Assembly (NCBI GenBank): GCA_963714145.1
Contig: OY970235.1
Coordinates: 6,737,722 to 6,801,721, forward strand
DNA: 64,000 nt
From: an uncultured Actinomycetota bacterium
GTDB lineage: Bacteria > Actinomycetota > Actinomycetes > Mycobacteriales > CADCTP01
Direction of reading: 5' to 3'
A model generated the notes under the pieces. It saw nothing but the letters and a program-made list of their open reading frames with translations, was not told where the DNA came from and ran no database searches. This document shows positions 55,108 to 64,000 of the stretch, piece by piece; within the stretch, counting starts at the first letter, position 1; every line of letters starts with the position of its first letter. The position numbers were made by a program, and so were the translations under genes.

Positions 55108-56124
55108 ATGACCATCGTGCTGCCCGAGACCATTGCCCGCGCCCAGACCCTGGTCGAGCCGGTGCTGCGGCAGGCCGTCGACCGGCTGCCGGAGCGGCCC
55201 CGGCTGATCGCCGGCTACCACCGCGGCTGGTGGGACGCCGAGGGCCAGCCGGTGACCAGGGGCGCCGGCAAGGCGATCCGGCCGGCGCTGACCGTGCTGT
55301 CCGCGGAGGCCGCCGGCGGCCCGGCCGAGCTGGCGCTGCCGGCCGCGGCGGCGGTCGAGCTGGTACACGACTTCTCGCTGCTGCACGACGACGTGATGGA
55401 CGGCGACACCGAGCGCCGGCACCAGCCGGCGGCCTGGGCGGTGTACGGCACCCCGCAGGCGCTGCTGGCCGGTGACGCGGTGCTGGCGCTGGCCGTCCAG
55501 GTCGCGGCCGAGTCGCCGGCGCCGGGCCGGGACGATGCGCTGGCCGCGCTGCTGGAAGCGGTGCACCAGCTGATCCGCGGCCAGTTCGACGACCTCGCCT
55601 TCGAGCCGCGGACCGACATCGAGATGGACGCCTGCCTGCGGATGGAGGCGGACAAGACCGCCGCGCTGCTGGCCTGTGCGGCCTCGATCGGGGCCCGGGC
55701 GCTGGCCGCGCCGGCGCCGCTGGTGGCCGCGCTGCACCGGTACGGCTTCGAACTCGGCCTGGCCTTCCAGCTGATCGACGACCTGCTCGGCATCTGGGGC
55801 GAGCCGGAGGTGACCGGCAAGCCGGTGCTGGCCGACCTGCGCACCGGCAAGCGGAGCAGCCCGGTGGTGGCGGCGATGCGGTCCGGCACGGCGGCCGGCG
55901 AGGAGCTGGCCGGGCTGCTGGCCGACGGGCCGCCGGCCAACGAGGCGGACGTGGGCCGGGCCGCCGCGCTGATCGAGGAGTCCGGCGCCCGGGACTGGTG
56001 CGTGGCCGAGGCGGACCGCCGGCTGGCCGGCGCGCTGGCCGCGCTGGAGGAGACCGCGCTCGCCACCGGCTCCCGGCAGGAACTGGAAGCCGTCGCCCGG
56101 TTCGTCACCGAGCGGGACCGGTGA
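55108..56124 (+). CDS. polyprenyl diphosphate synthase (hopanoid-cluster FPP/GGPP synthase)
   Basis: ATG at 55108. First DDxxD LLHDDVMDGD, second QLIDDLLGIWG. Confidence 0.85.
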   Translation: MTIVLPETIARAQTLVEPVLRQAVDRLPERPRLIAGYHRGWWDAEGQPVTRGAGKAIRPALTVLSAEAAGGPAELALPAAAAVELVHDFSLLHDDVMDGDTERRHQPAAWAVYGTPQALLAGDAVLALAVQVAAESPAPGRDDALAALLEAVHQLIRGQFDDLAFEPRTDIEMDACLRMEADKTAALLACAASIGARALAAPAPLVAALHRYGFELGLAFQLIDDLLGIWGEPEVTGKPVLADLRTGKRSSPVVAAMRSGTAAGEELAGLLADGPPANEADVGRAAALIEESGARDWCVAEADRRLAGALAALEETALATGSRQELEAVARFVTERDR

Positions 56125-58103
56125 TGCCGGCCCGGACCGGACCGACAGCGGCTGGCCCAGCCCGGACGACGCCAGCCGACAACGGCCTGGCCGACAGCAG
56201 GCTGGCCGACAGCGGGGTGCTGTCGGCGGCGGCGGCGCTCGACCGCGGCGCGGCACACCTGCTCAGCCAGCAGGATCCGGCCGGTTGGTGGAAGGGCGAG
56301 CTGGAGACCAACGTCACCATCGAGGCGGAGGACCTGCTTCCTCCGGCACGTTCCTGGGCATCAGCGACCCGGTGCTCACCGAGCAGACCGCCCGCTGGAT
56401 CCGGTCCAAGCAGCGCGCGGACGGCAGCTGGGCGACGTTCTTCGGCGGCCCGCCGGACCTGTCCACCACGGTCGAGGCGTACGCGGCGCTGCGGCTGGCC
56501 GGCGACCCGGCCGACGCGGCCTGGATGCGCACGGCCGCGCGGTACATCCAGGGCGCCGGCGGGCTGGAGCGCACCCGGGTGTTCACCCGGGTCTGGTTCG
56601 CCATGCTCGGCCTGTGGTCCTGGGACGAGCTGCCGGCGCTGCCCCCCGAGATGATCTTCCTGCCCCGCTGGATGCCGCTGAACATGTACGACTTCGGCTG
56701 CTGGGCCCGGCAGACCGTCGTGCCGCTGACCGTGGTCGGCACGCTGCGGCCGTCCGTGCCGGTGCCGTTCGAGCTGGCCGAGCTGCGCACCGGCGCCCGG
56801 CGGCCGGAACTGGAGCCGCGCCGCGGCGTGCCCGGGCTGTTCCAGCGGCTGGACGTGCTGCTGCACCGGTACGCCCGGCACCCGATCCGGCCGCTGCGCC
56901 GGCTGGCGATGCGCCGGGCCGCCGAGTGGATCGTCGCCCGGCAGGAGTCGGACGGCTCCTGGGGCGGGATCCAGCCGCCCTGGGTGTACTCATTGCTGGC
57001 GCTGCACCTGCTCGGCTACCCGCGCGACCATCCGGTGCTGCGCGCCGGACTGGCCGGGCTGGCCGGCTTCACCGTGCTGGAGTCCACTGCGGACGGTCCG
57101 GTGCGCCGGCTGGAGGCGTGCCAGTCGCCGGTCTGGGACACCGGGCTGGCGGTGATCGCGCTGCGCGACGCCGGGCTGCCGGCGGACGCAGCCGGAGCTG
57201 ATCCGGGCGGCCGACTGGCTGGTGGCCGAGGAGATCCGGGTGCCCGGCGACTGGTCGGTGCGCCGGCCCGGCCTGGCGCCGGGCGGCTGGGCCTTCGAGT
57301 TCGCCAACGACGGCTACCCCGACATCGACGACACCGCCGAGGTGGTGCTCGCCCTGCGCCGGGTCACCGGGGGCGCCGAGGGCGCCCGCCGGGCGGCCGT
57401 CGAGCGCGGCGTCGCCTGGGTGATCGGGATGCAGTCGAAGGACGGCGGCTGGGGCGCGTTCGACGCGGACAACACCCGCCGGCTGGCCGGACGAGCCTGC
57501 CGTTCTGCGACTTCGGCGCGGTGATCGACCCGCCGTCCGCGGACGTGACCGCGCACATCGTGGAGATGCTGGCCGCCGACGGGAAGGCCGACCACCCGGC
57601 CGCCCGGCGCGGGGTGGCCTGGCTGCTGCGGCACCAGGAGCGGGACGGTTCCTGGTTCGGCCGGTGGGGCGCCAACTACCTGTACGGCACCGGCGCGGTG
57701 CTGCCGGCGCTGGTGGCGGCCGGGGTCGCGCCCGGGGTGGCGCCGATCCGGCGGGCGGTGCGCTGGCTGGAGCGGGTGCAGAACCCGGACGGCGGCTGGG
57801 GCGAGGACCTGCGCTCGTACCGGGATCCGGGCTGGATCGGCCGGGGCACCTCGACCGCCTCGCAGACCGCCTGGGCGCTGCTGGCGCTGCTGGCCGCGGG
57901 CGAGCGGTCGGCCGCGGTCACCCGCGGGGTGGACTGGCTGGTGCGCACCCAGCGCCCGGACGGCAGCTGGGACGAGCCGGAGTTCACCGGCACCGGCTTC
58001 CCCGGCGACTTCTACCTCAACTACCACCTGTACCGGCAGGTGTTCCCGGTCACGCGCGCTCGGCCGCTACCTGGGCCGGTCCGACCAGCGGGCCGCCGGG
58101 TGA
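56124..58103 (+). pseudogene. shc: squalene-hopene cyclase gene interrupted by about 6 single-base insertions
   Basis: SHC sense (WWKGELETNVTIEAEDLL / FLGISDPVLTEQTARWIRSKQRADGSW / QW motifs / PGDWSVRRPGLAPGGWAFEFANDGYPDIDDTAEV with the DxDD catalytic motif / LPFCDFGAVIDPPSADVTAH / GTGFPGDFYLNYHLYRQVFPV) switches frame at about 56340, 56350, 57188, 57489, 57496 and 58055. Confidence 0.75.
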
Positions 58104-58821
58104 CCGCCCTGGTCGTGGTGCCGCTGCTGGCCGAGCGGGTCGCGCTCGGCCGGCGGGTGCCGGCGCTGCGGGTCGGCGCCGGGCCGCGCCGGGCCGCCGC
58201 CGCGGCCGGCCGGATCCGGTCCGAACTGGACAGTGGCCGGTACGCCGGGCTGCTGATCACCGGCACCTGCGGCGGGCTGATGACCGGGATGCATCCCGGC
58301 GACCTTGTCGTCGCGTCCGAAGTGGACTGCACTCCCGGGCTGGCCCGCTCCGACCTGGCCCGCTCGGACCTGGCCGGGTCTGACCTGGCCCGGTCCGACC
58401 TCACGGGGTCCGAACCTGGCGGTCGGGTGCCGGCGGCCCGACCGGTCCGGTGCGTCGAACCTGAACAGCTGGTCGAGGAGCTGACCGAGGCGCTCCGCCG
58501 GTACGGCCACATGGTCCATATCGGACGGATGTACACCGCGGACCACCTCGTGGACGGGCCGGAGCGGGCCACCATCGCGGCCACCGGGGCGATCGCGGTG
58601 GACACCGAGTCGGCGATCCTCGCCGCGGCGGCCGGCGACCGGCCGGTGGTCGTCATCCGCGTGGTCTCCGACACCCCGGCGCAGCCGCTGCGTTCGGTCC
58701 GGATCGTCCGCAATGGACTGTCGGCGCTGCGCTCGCTGCACGCGGCGGCCCCGGTTGTCAGGAACTGTCAGTGCCGGCGAACAAGCTCGGGGCGGACGAA
58801 GCGGAAAGGGAGGTGGGCTGA
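58100..58821 (+). pseudogene. hpnG: hopanoid-associated nucleosidase/phosphorylase HpnG-like, probable -1 frameshift near the 3' end
   Basis: GTGA overlap with the reconstructed shc stop. PNP_UDP-type motifs (GTCGGL, AVDTESAILAAAA). Its frame has no stop until 59365, deep inside hpnH; shifting at about 58762 gives a stop at 58819-58821 just before the hpnH RBS. Contains an in-frame (LARSD)-like x4 repeat. Confidence 0.55.
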
Positions 58822-58823
58822 CG

Positions 58824-59834
58824 GTGGGGGTTCCCCTGCGGCAGTCTGTGAAGATCGGCATGTACATGTTCCGGCAGAAGGTGCGCGGCCGGAAGAAGTT
58901 CCCGCTCATCGTCGAGCTCGAGCCGCTGTTCGCCTGCAACCTGAAATGCGCGGGCTGCGGCAAGATCCAGCACCCGGCCAGTGTCCTCAAGCAGCGGATG
59001 CCGGTGGAGCAGGCGATCGGCGCGATCGAGGAGTCCGGCGCGCCGATGGTCTCGATCGCCGGCGGCGAGCCGCTGATGCACCCGCAGATCGACGAGATCG
59101 TCCGCCAGCTGCTGAAGCGGAAGAAGTTCGTCTACCTGTGCACCAACGCCGTGCTGCTGCCCAAGCACATCCACAAGTTCAAGCCCTCGCCGTACTTCGC
59201 CTGGGTGGTGCACATCGACGGGCTGCGCGAGCGGCACGACGAGTCGGTGGCCAAGGAGGGTGTGTTCGACGAGGCGGTGGAGGCGATCAAGCGACGCCAA
59301 GCGGCGCGGCTTCCAGGTCACCACCAACACCACCTTCTTCAACACCGACACCCCGCAGACCGTGATCGACGTCCTGGACTACCTGAACGACGAACTCGAG
59401 CGTGGACCGAGATGATGATCTCGCCGGCGTACGCGTACGAGAAGGCGCCGGACCAGGAGCACTTCCTCGGCGTCCGAGGAGACCACGTGAGCTGTTCGCC
59501 AAGGCGTTCGCCGCCGGCCGGCGGCGGCGCTGGCGGCTGAACCACTCGCCGCTGTTCCTGGACTTCCTCGAGGGCAAGGTCGACTTCCAGTGCACCGCCT
59601 GGGGCGTCCCGTCGTACTCGCTGTTCGGCTGGCAGCGGCCGTGCTACCTGATGTCGCGACGGATACACCGAGACGTACAAGGAACTGGTCGAGACGACCG
59701 ACTGGGAGAAGTACGGCCGGGGCCGGGACCCGCGCTGCAACAACTGCATGGCGCACTGCGGCTACGAGCCGTCCGCGGTGATCGCCACGGCGGGTTCGCT
59801 GCGCGAGTCGATCCGGGCCGTACGGGATCTCTAG
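58824..59834 (+). pseudogene. hpnH: adenosylhopane synthase (radical SAM) HpnH gene interrupted by about 6 single-base insertions
   Basis: GTG at 58824 after GGGAGG. The CNLKCAGC radical-SAM cluster is intact. The sense hops frames at about 59292, 59399, 59408, 59475, 59485 and 59657, and ends ...CMAHCGYEPSAVIATAGSLRESIRAVRDL*. Confidence 0.75.
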
Positions 59835-59944
59835 CGCCGCCGGCAGGCGGCGCTGCCCCGGCGGCCGCCGGGGCGGGTGGCACCGGGCGGGTGCCACCAA
59901 GCGGGTGGCGGCAGGGAGGCCGGCACCGGGGCGGGGAGGACGGG

Positions 59945-60760
59945 TTGACGAACGGGCAGGCGAGCCGGGCGCGGGGGCTGGAGGTCACCGTCGCGCCGGC
60001 CTGGCTGCGGGATCTCTGGGATGTCGGCGCCGGGCTGCTGGTGTTCAGCCTCTACCTGGTCGTCGCCGGCAACGTCGCCGGCCGGCTGGCCAGGGCCAAC
60101 GGCGTCGCCGGCAACATCGACGCCGCCGAGCGCTGGCTGCACCTGCCGTCCGAGCGGTCGATCAACGCGTGGACCTCCGGGCACAAGCTGATATCGCAGG
60201 TCGCCAACTACCACTATGCGGTGGGTTACCTCGCCACTACGCTGGGTGTGGTGCTGTGGCTGCGGTTCGCGCACCGGCCGAACTACGGCCGGCACATCGC
60301 CTCGTTGCTGGCGATCAACGTGCTGGCGATCACGTTCTTCTTCATCTGGCCGTGCACCCCGCCGCGGCTGCTGCCCGCGGCCGGCTTCGTGGACACCGTC
60401 GAGCAGCACGGCACCTGGGGCTCCTGGGGCACCGGGCTGGTCTCGTCCACGGCCAACCAGCACGCCGCGATGCCGTCCCTGCATGTGGCCTGGGCGACCT
60501 GGGTGGCGATCACGCTGATCGTGCAGCGGGCGCCCTGGTGGTTGCGCCGCACCGGGGTACTGCACATCGGCACCACCACCGCGGTGATCGTGATGACCGG
60601 CAACCACTGGATCCTGGACGCGGTGGCCGGCCTGCTGCTGACGCTGACCGTGGAGCTGGTCGCGGCCGCCGTGTTCCGGCGGGTCCGGGCCCGGGCGCGG
60701 GCCCGCGACGAGGGCGGCAGCCGGGCCGAGCTGGCCGACGCCACCGCCGGCCCGGGCTGA
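59945..60760 (+). CDS. PAP2-superfamily membrane protein (inositolphosphotransferase-like PAP2_3)
   Basis: TTG at 59945 after GGAGGA. Motifs AMPSLHVAWATW and TGNHWILDAVAG. The upstream part of track ORF 59402-60760 is the frameshifted hpnH tail. Confidence 0.65.
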   Translation: MTNGQASRARGLEVTVAPAWLRDLWDVGAGLLVFSLYLVVAGNVAGRLARANGVAGNIDAAERWLHLPSERSINAWTSGHKLISQVANYHYAVGYLATTLGVVLWLRFAHRPNYGRHIASLLAINVLAITFFFIWPCTPPRLLPAAGFVDTVEQHGTWGSWGTGLVSSTANQHAAMPSLHVAWATWVAITLIVQRAPWWLRRTGVLHIGTTTAVIVMTGNHWILDAVAGLLLTLTVELVAAAVFRRVRARARARDEGGSRAELADATAGPG

Positions 60761-60764
60761 GCCG

Positions 60765-61748
60765 GTGCTGCTCGTCGTCATCCCGCTGAGCCTGCTGGCC
60801 GCGTTCATGTTCGCGGCCTCGGCCGCGCTGCAGCAGGTCGCCGCGCACCGGACGGCCAGCCGCGCGGCGGCGGCCAAGGAGCCGGCGATGACCGCCTCGG
60901 CCCGGCACTGGACCACCTGGCTGCCGGTGGTGACGCTGCTGCACCGGCTGGTCCGGGACCGGATCTGGCTGTTCGGCTGGCTGACCAACCTGGCCGGGTT
61001 CTTCGTCCAGGCGGCCGCGCTGCACTTCGGCTCGATCTCGGTGGTGCAGCCGCTGCTGGTCGCCCAACTGCTGTTCGCGCTGCCGCTGGGCACCATGCTC
61101 AGCCACCGGCGGATGCTGCGCCGGGACTGGCTCGGCGCGGCCTCGGTCTGCGCCGGGCTGATCGTCCTGCTGTCGGTGCGCGGCGCCGCGCCGGACAGCG
61201 GCGACCCGAGCCGGCCGCACGTGCTGCTGGCCACCGCCGCCGCGATCGTGCTGGTGGTCGGCCTGGTCGCGGCCGGCCGCCGGGCGCAGGAGCAGCCCCA
61301 GGTGCGGGCCGCGCTGGTCTCGGTGGCGGCCGGGATCTGCTTCTGCATGAGCGCCGTCTTCATCACGCTCACCACCGGCGACCTGATCCACCGCGGCGTC
61401 GGCGCCACCGCGACCGACTGGCCCGGGTACGCGCTGGCCGCGTCCACCCTGCTCGGCCTGCTGCTGGAGCAGGACGCGTTCGCCGCCGGCTCGCTGCCGA
61501 CCGCGGTCGCCGCGATGACGATCACCAACCCGGTGGCCAGCTACCTGGCCGGCGTGTTCGTCTTCGACGGCATGGCCCCGGAGACACCCGGCGCGCTGGC
61601 CGGCGTCGCCTCGGCCGGCCTGCTGGTGATCGTCGGCGTGATCGCACTCGCCCAGTCGCCGAACGTGCACGACGAGTACGCGCCGACCGATGCGGCCGCC
61701 GAGCGGCCGGCGGGCGACGTGCGGGCCCGCCCTCATCCGGCCGGGTGA
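60765..61748 (+). CDS. DMT-like polytopic membrane protein
   Basis: About 9-10 hydrophobic helices; no catalytic motif. Confidence 0.55.
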   Translation: MLLVVIPLSLLAAFMFAASAALQQVAAHRTASRAAAAKEPAMTASARHWTTWLPVVTLLHRLVRDRIWLFGWLTNLAGFFVQAAALHFGSISVVQPLLVAQLLFALPLGTMLSHRRMLRRDWLGAASVCAGLIVLLSVRGAAPDSGDPSRPHVLLATAAAIVLVVGLVAAGRRAQEQPQVRAALVSVAAGICFCMSAVFITLTTGDLIHRGVGATATDWPGYALAASTLLGLLLEQDAFAAGSLPTAVAAMTITNPVASYLAGVFVFDGMAPETPGALAGVASAGLLVIVGVIALAQSPNVHDEYAPTDAAAERPAGDVRARPHPAG

Positions 61749-61803
61749 CCACGGACGGCCAAATTCGGTGGACACAGCCGAGGTGTGCATACTCAGCCCC
61801 TTG

Positions 61804-62547
61804 ATGCGGGAAGATGCACCCATGCGGGCCGGGCCCCGGTGGCGGGCCGACGAGCAAGTGCTGGCTCCTCGAGCCGGCGTCCTGGTGCGGGCCAACCTCC
61901 CGTTGGTGATCGAACTGCCGCCGCTGCGGCCGGCTCTGCTCGGCGCGATCCGGCTGCTGGCCGAGAGCGTGCTGGTGCCGACCGCGCTGTTCGGCCTGGT
62001 GTTCCACACCAGCGGCCTGCGCCCGGCCCTGGCCGCCGCGCTGAGCTGGTGTTACCTGATCGTGGTGGTGCGCTGGGTGAGCGGTCGCCGGCTGCCCGGC
62101 ACGCTGATGCTCTGCGTCGGCATGTTCACCGGGCGGGCCTGCGTGGCGCTGGTGGCGTCCAGCGCGCTGCTGTTCCTGCTGCAGCCGGTGCTCGGCTCGC
62201 TACTCATGGCCGCGCTGTTCATGGGCAGCGCGCTGGTCGGCCGGCCGGTCACCGTCCGGCTGGCCCGGGATTTCGTCTCGGTGCCCGCGCACATCCTGGG
62301 CCGCTGGCGGGTGCGCCGGATGTTCCGGAACGTGGCGATCATCTGGGGGCTGTCCCGGGTGGCCGACGCCGCGCTGAACTTCCTGTTCCTGCACCGGGGC
62401 ATCGACGCCGGGCTGCTCGCCCGCGGCCTGTTCAGCCCACTGCTGACCCTACTGACCATCGCCGTGTGCACGTTCTGGGGCTGGCGGGCGCTCAGCTCGG
62501 AGGGCATCCGGCTGCGCCGGGCCGGCTCCGCCCGCCCGGCTGACTGA
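61804..62547 (+). CDS. hypothetical polytopic membrane protein
   Basis: ATG at 61804 (alternative at 61822); 6 or more hydrophobic helices. Confidence 0.5.
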   Translation: MREDAPMRAGPRWRADEQVLAPRAGVLVRANLPLVIELPPLRPALLGAIRLLAESVLVPTALFGLVFHTSGLRPALAAALSWCYLIVVVRWVSGRRLPGTLMLCVGMFTGRACVALVASSALLFLLQPVLGSLLMAALFMGSALVGRPVTVRLARDFVSVPAHILGRWRVRRMFRNVAIIWGLSRVADAALNFLFLHRGIDAGLLARGLFSPLLTLLTIAVCTFWGWRALSSEGIRLRRAGSARPAD

Positions 62548-62645
62548 CTTCCGGGCCACCCGGCACCGCCCGGGCGGCGGGAAGGGTCGCCGGCTGGCAG
62601 AGTTGCCGCTAGCGACAACCCCCGGCTCAGCTGGAAGGAACCCGC

Positions 62646-63041
62646 ATGGCCACGCTCACGGACGACGCTAAGGACCTGCTCCGCCGACCGATCTACGCCT
62701 GGGCGACGACGCTGTACGCGGACGGCTCGCCGCACAGCACGGTCGTCTGGGTGGACGTGGACGGCGACGAGGTGGTCTTCAACACCGCGGTCGGCCGGGC
62801 CAAGGAGCGGCACCTGCGCCGCGACCCGCGGGTCACGGTCAGCGTGCTCGACCCGGACAACCCGTACCACCTGCTCAGCGTCACCGGCAGCGCCCGGCTG
62901 GACACCAGCGACGGGGACGCGGTGATCGACGCGCTGGCCAAGAAGTACCTCGGCGTGGACAGCTACCCCGGCCGCACCCCGACCGAGCAGCGGATCACCG
63001 TCCGGTTCGTCCCGGAGCGGGTGATCTACAACGGCAGCTGA
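62646..63041 (+). CDS. PPOX-class (pyridoxamine 5'-phosphate oxidase-like) probable F420-dependent oxidoreductase
   Basis: LLRRPIYAWATTLYADGSPHSTVVWVDVDGDEVVFNT...RDPRVTVSV is the split-barrel pattern. Confidence 0.7.
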   Translation: MATLTDDAKDLLRRPIYAWATTLYADGSPHSTVVWVDVDGDEVVFNTAVGRAKERHLRRDPRVTVSVLDPDNPYHLLSVTGSARLDTSDGDAVIDALAKKYLGVDSYPGRTPTEQRITVRFVPERVIYNGS

Positions 63042-63049
63042 CCCGCCGG

Positions 63050-63832
63050 TCAGCCGAGGCGGCGAGCGAGGCGCCGGTAGGTGCCGGGTAGCACGGCCCG
63101 GACCTTCGGCGCCACGCCCAGCCAGCGCGGCAGCACCACGTCCCGGTCCCGCTCGGTGGCCCGGACCACGGCCCGGGCCACCCGCCGCACGTCCAGCGGG
63201 CGGGGAAACCCCCGGTCGTACGGGGTGCCGCGGCGGGCGAAGAACCCGGTGTCGACGGCGCCGGGGCTCACCACCGCGACACCCACGCCAGACCCGGCCA
63301 CCTCCAGCCGTAGGCTCTCGGCAAACACGACCAACCCGGCCTTGGTGGCCGCGTAGACGCTCTCGGAGGCGACCCCGGTGAGGCCCGCGATCGACGCCAG
63401 CAGGGTGAGTTGCCCGGTGCCGCGGGCCAGCATGCCCGGCAGCAGCGCGCGGGCGAGCAGGATCGGGGCACGCAGGTTCAGCGCGATCAGCTCGTCCAGG
63501 GTGCCGGCGGGCATTTCGGCGAGCGGCCCGCGCCAGCCCGCGCCGGCGCTGGCGACCAGCGCGTCCACCCGGCCGTGCACCGCGAGCGCCGCCGCGGCCA
63601 GCTCGTCCGGGCCGGTCGGGGTGCCGAGATCGGCCAGCAGCGGGTGCGCGCCGGTGCGGTCGGCCACCGCGGCGGTCGCCACCGGGTCCCGGCCGGCGGC
63701 CAGCACCCGCGCACCGCGGCCGGCCAACTGGGCCGCGACCGCCGCGCCGATCCCGGCCGACGCCCCGGTGACCAGCACCACCGCACCCTCGAACCGCACG
63801 GCCGGACTGTAGGCCATGGCCCCGCCAGCCAC
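63050..63832 (-). CDS. short-chain dehydrogenase/reductase
   Basis: VLVTGASAGIGAAVA Rossmann motif, YAATKAG catalytic YxxxK. An alternative start lies at 63817. Confidence 0.85.
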   Translation of the reverse strand: MAGGAMAYSPAVRFEGAVVLVTGASAGIGAAVAAQLAGRGARVLAAGRDPVATAAVADRTGAHPLLADLGTPTGPDELAAAALAVHGRVDALVASAGAGWRGPLAEMPAGTLDELIALNLRAPILLARALLPGMLARGTGQLTLLASIAGLTGVASESVYAATKAGLVVFAESLRLEVAGSGVGVAVVSPGAVDTGFFARRGTPYDRGFPRPLDVRRVARAVVRATERDRDVVLPRWLGVAPKVRAVLPGTYRRLARRLG

Positions 63833-64000
63833 CCCGCCCCGCCCGGCCGCCCACTCCCGCCCGGCCGCCCACCCCGGTCCGGCCGCCGGCCACCGCCCGG
63901 CCGCCGGCCACCGTCCGGCCGCGTAGCCATGGCCCGTCCCCGCCTGCCGCGCCGGCCCGCGCCCGAACCGGCACCGGAGTTGGAGCCGGAGCCGGAGCCG

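Noticed and set aside
56124-59834. Programmed ribosomal frameshifting or transcriptional slippage as the explanation for the interrupted shc and hpnH.
   Set aside because: There are far too many shift sites (six per gene). None has a slippery heptamer or a long homopolymer, and several occur in pairs a few bases apart. Sequence error or pseudogenisation is the simpler explanation.

Overview
High-GC actinobacterial chromosome segment (by eye more than 70% GC; not computed). The many long R/G/P/A-rich antisense ORFs in the track are GC artefacts.

**Left third: core genes.** MCP, a NarL-type two-component pair, asd-ask, an ABC pair, leuA with a Leu-codon leader ORF, and recR-ybaB-dnaX-SRP RNA-tRNA-Ser(GGA).

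**tRNA-Ser(GGA) integration hotspot.** The 3' part of this tRNA recurs downstream as one exact 60-bp copy and several decayed copies. These copies delimit three kinds of insert:
- A ~16.6 kb pSAM2-type integrative conjugative element (AICE). It carries int, xis, prim-pol, DUF3987, an FtsK-like Tra, a Spd-like protein, WhiB, a GntR/KorSA-like regulator and an HTH/Nudix-like protein.
- A 1.5 kb AbiE-type islet.
- Decayed islets carrying VapBC and DUF433/PIN-like pairs.

**Unusual AICE content.** There is cargo at both ends: an Mrr-like nuclease plus an unknown partner at attL, and a strikingly low-GC 2TM + ParB-like gene at attR. An embedded GGDEF cyclase sits in a translationally coupled operon.

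**Right part.** A DUF3494 secreted protein, STAS/ANTAR/GAF regulators, SPFH, an ArsR cluster and lhgO. tRNA-Ser(CGA) is followed by a lower-GC DprA-like + ComF-like phosphoribosyltransferase operon that sits behind a perfect actinobacterial SOS box. Then come tadA with two TadA-associated paralogues and a hopanoid cluster (hpnC-hpnD-hpnE-ids-shc-hpnG-hpnH).

**Frameshifts.** shc, hpnG, hpnH and an upstream ferritin-like gene carry about 18 single-base indels, while the interleaved neighbours are intact. This is either pseudogenisation or a local assembly-quality problem.

**Best candidates for new biology.**
- The low-GC membrane/ParB-like cargo gene.
- The SOS-boxed DprA/PRTase pair.
- The Mrr-like module.
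- The AICE-borne diguanylate cyclase.
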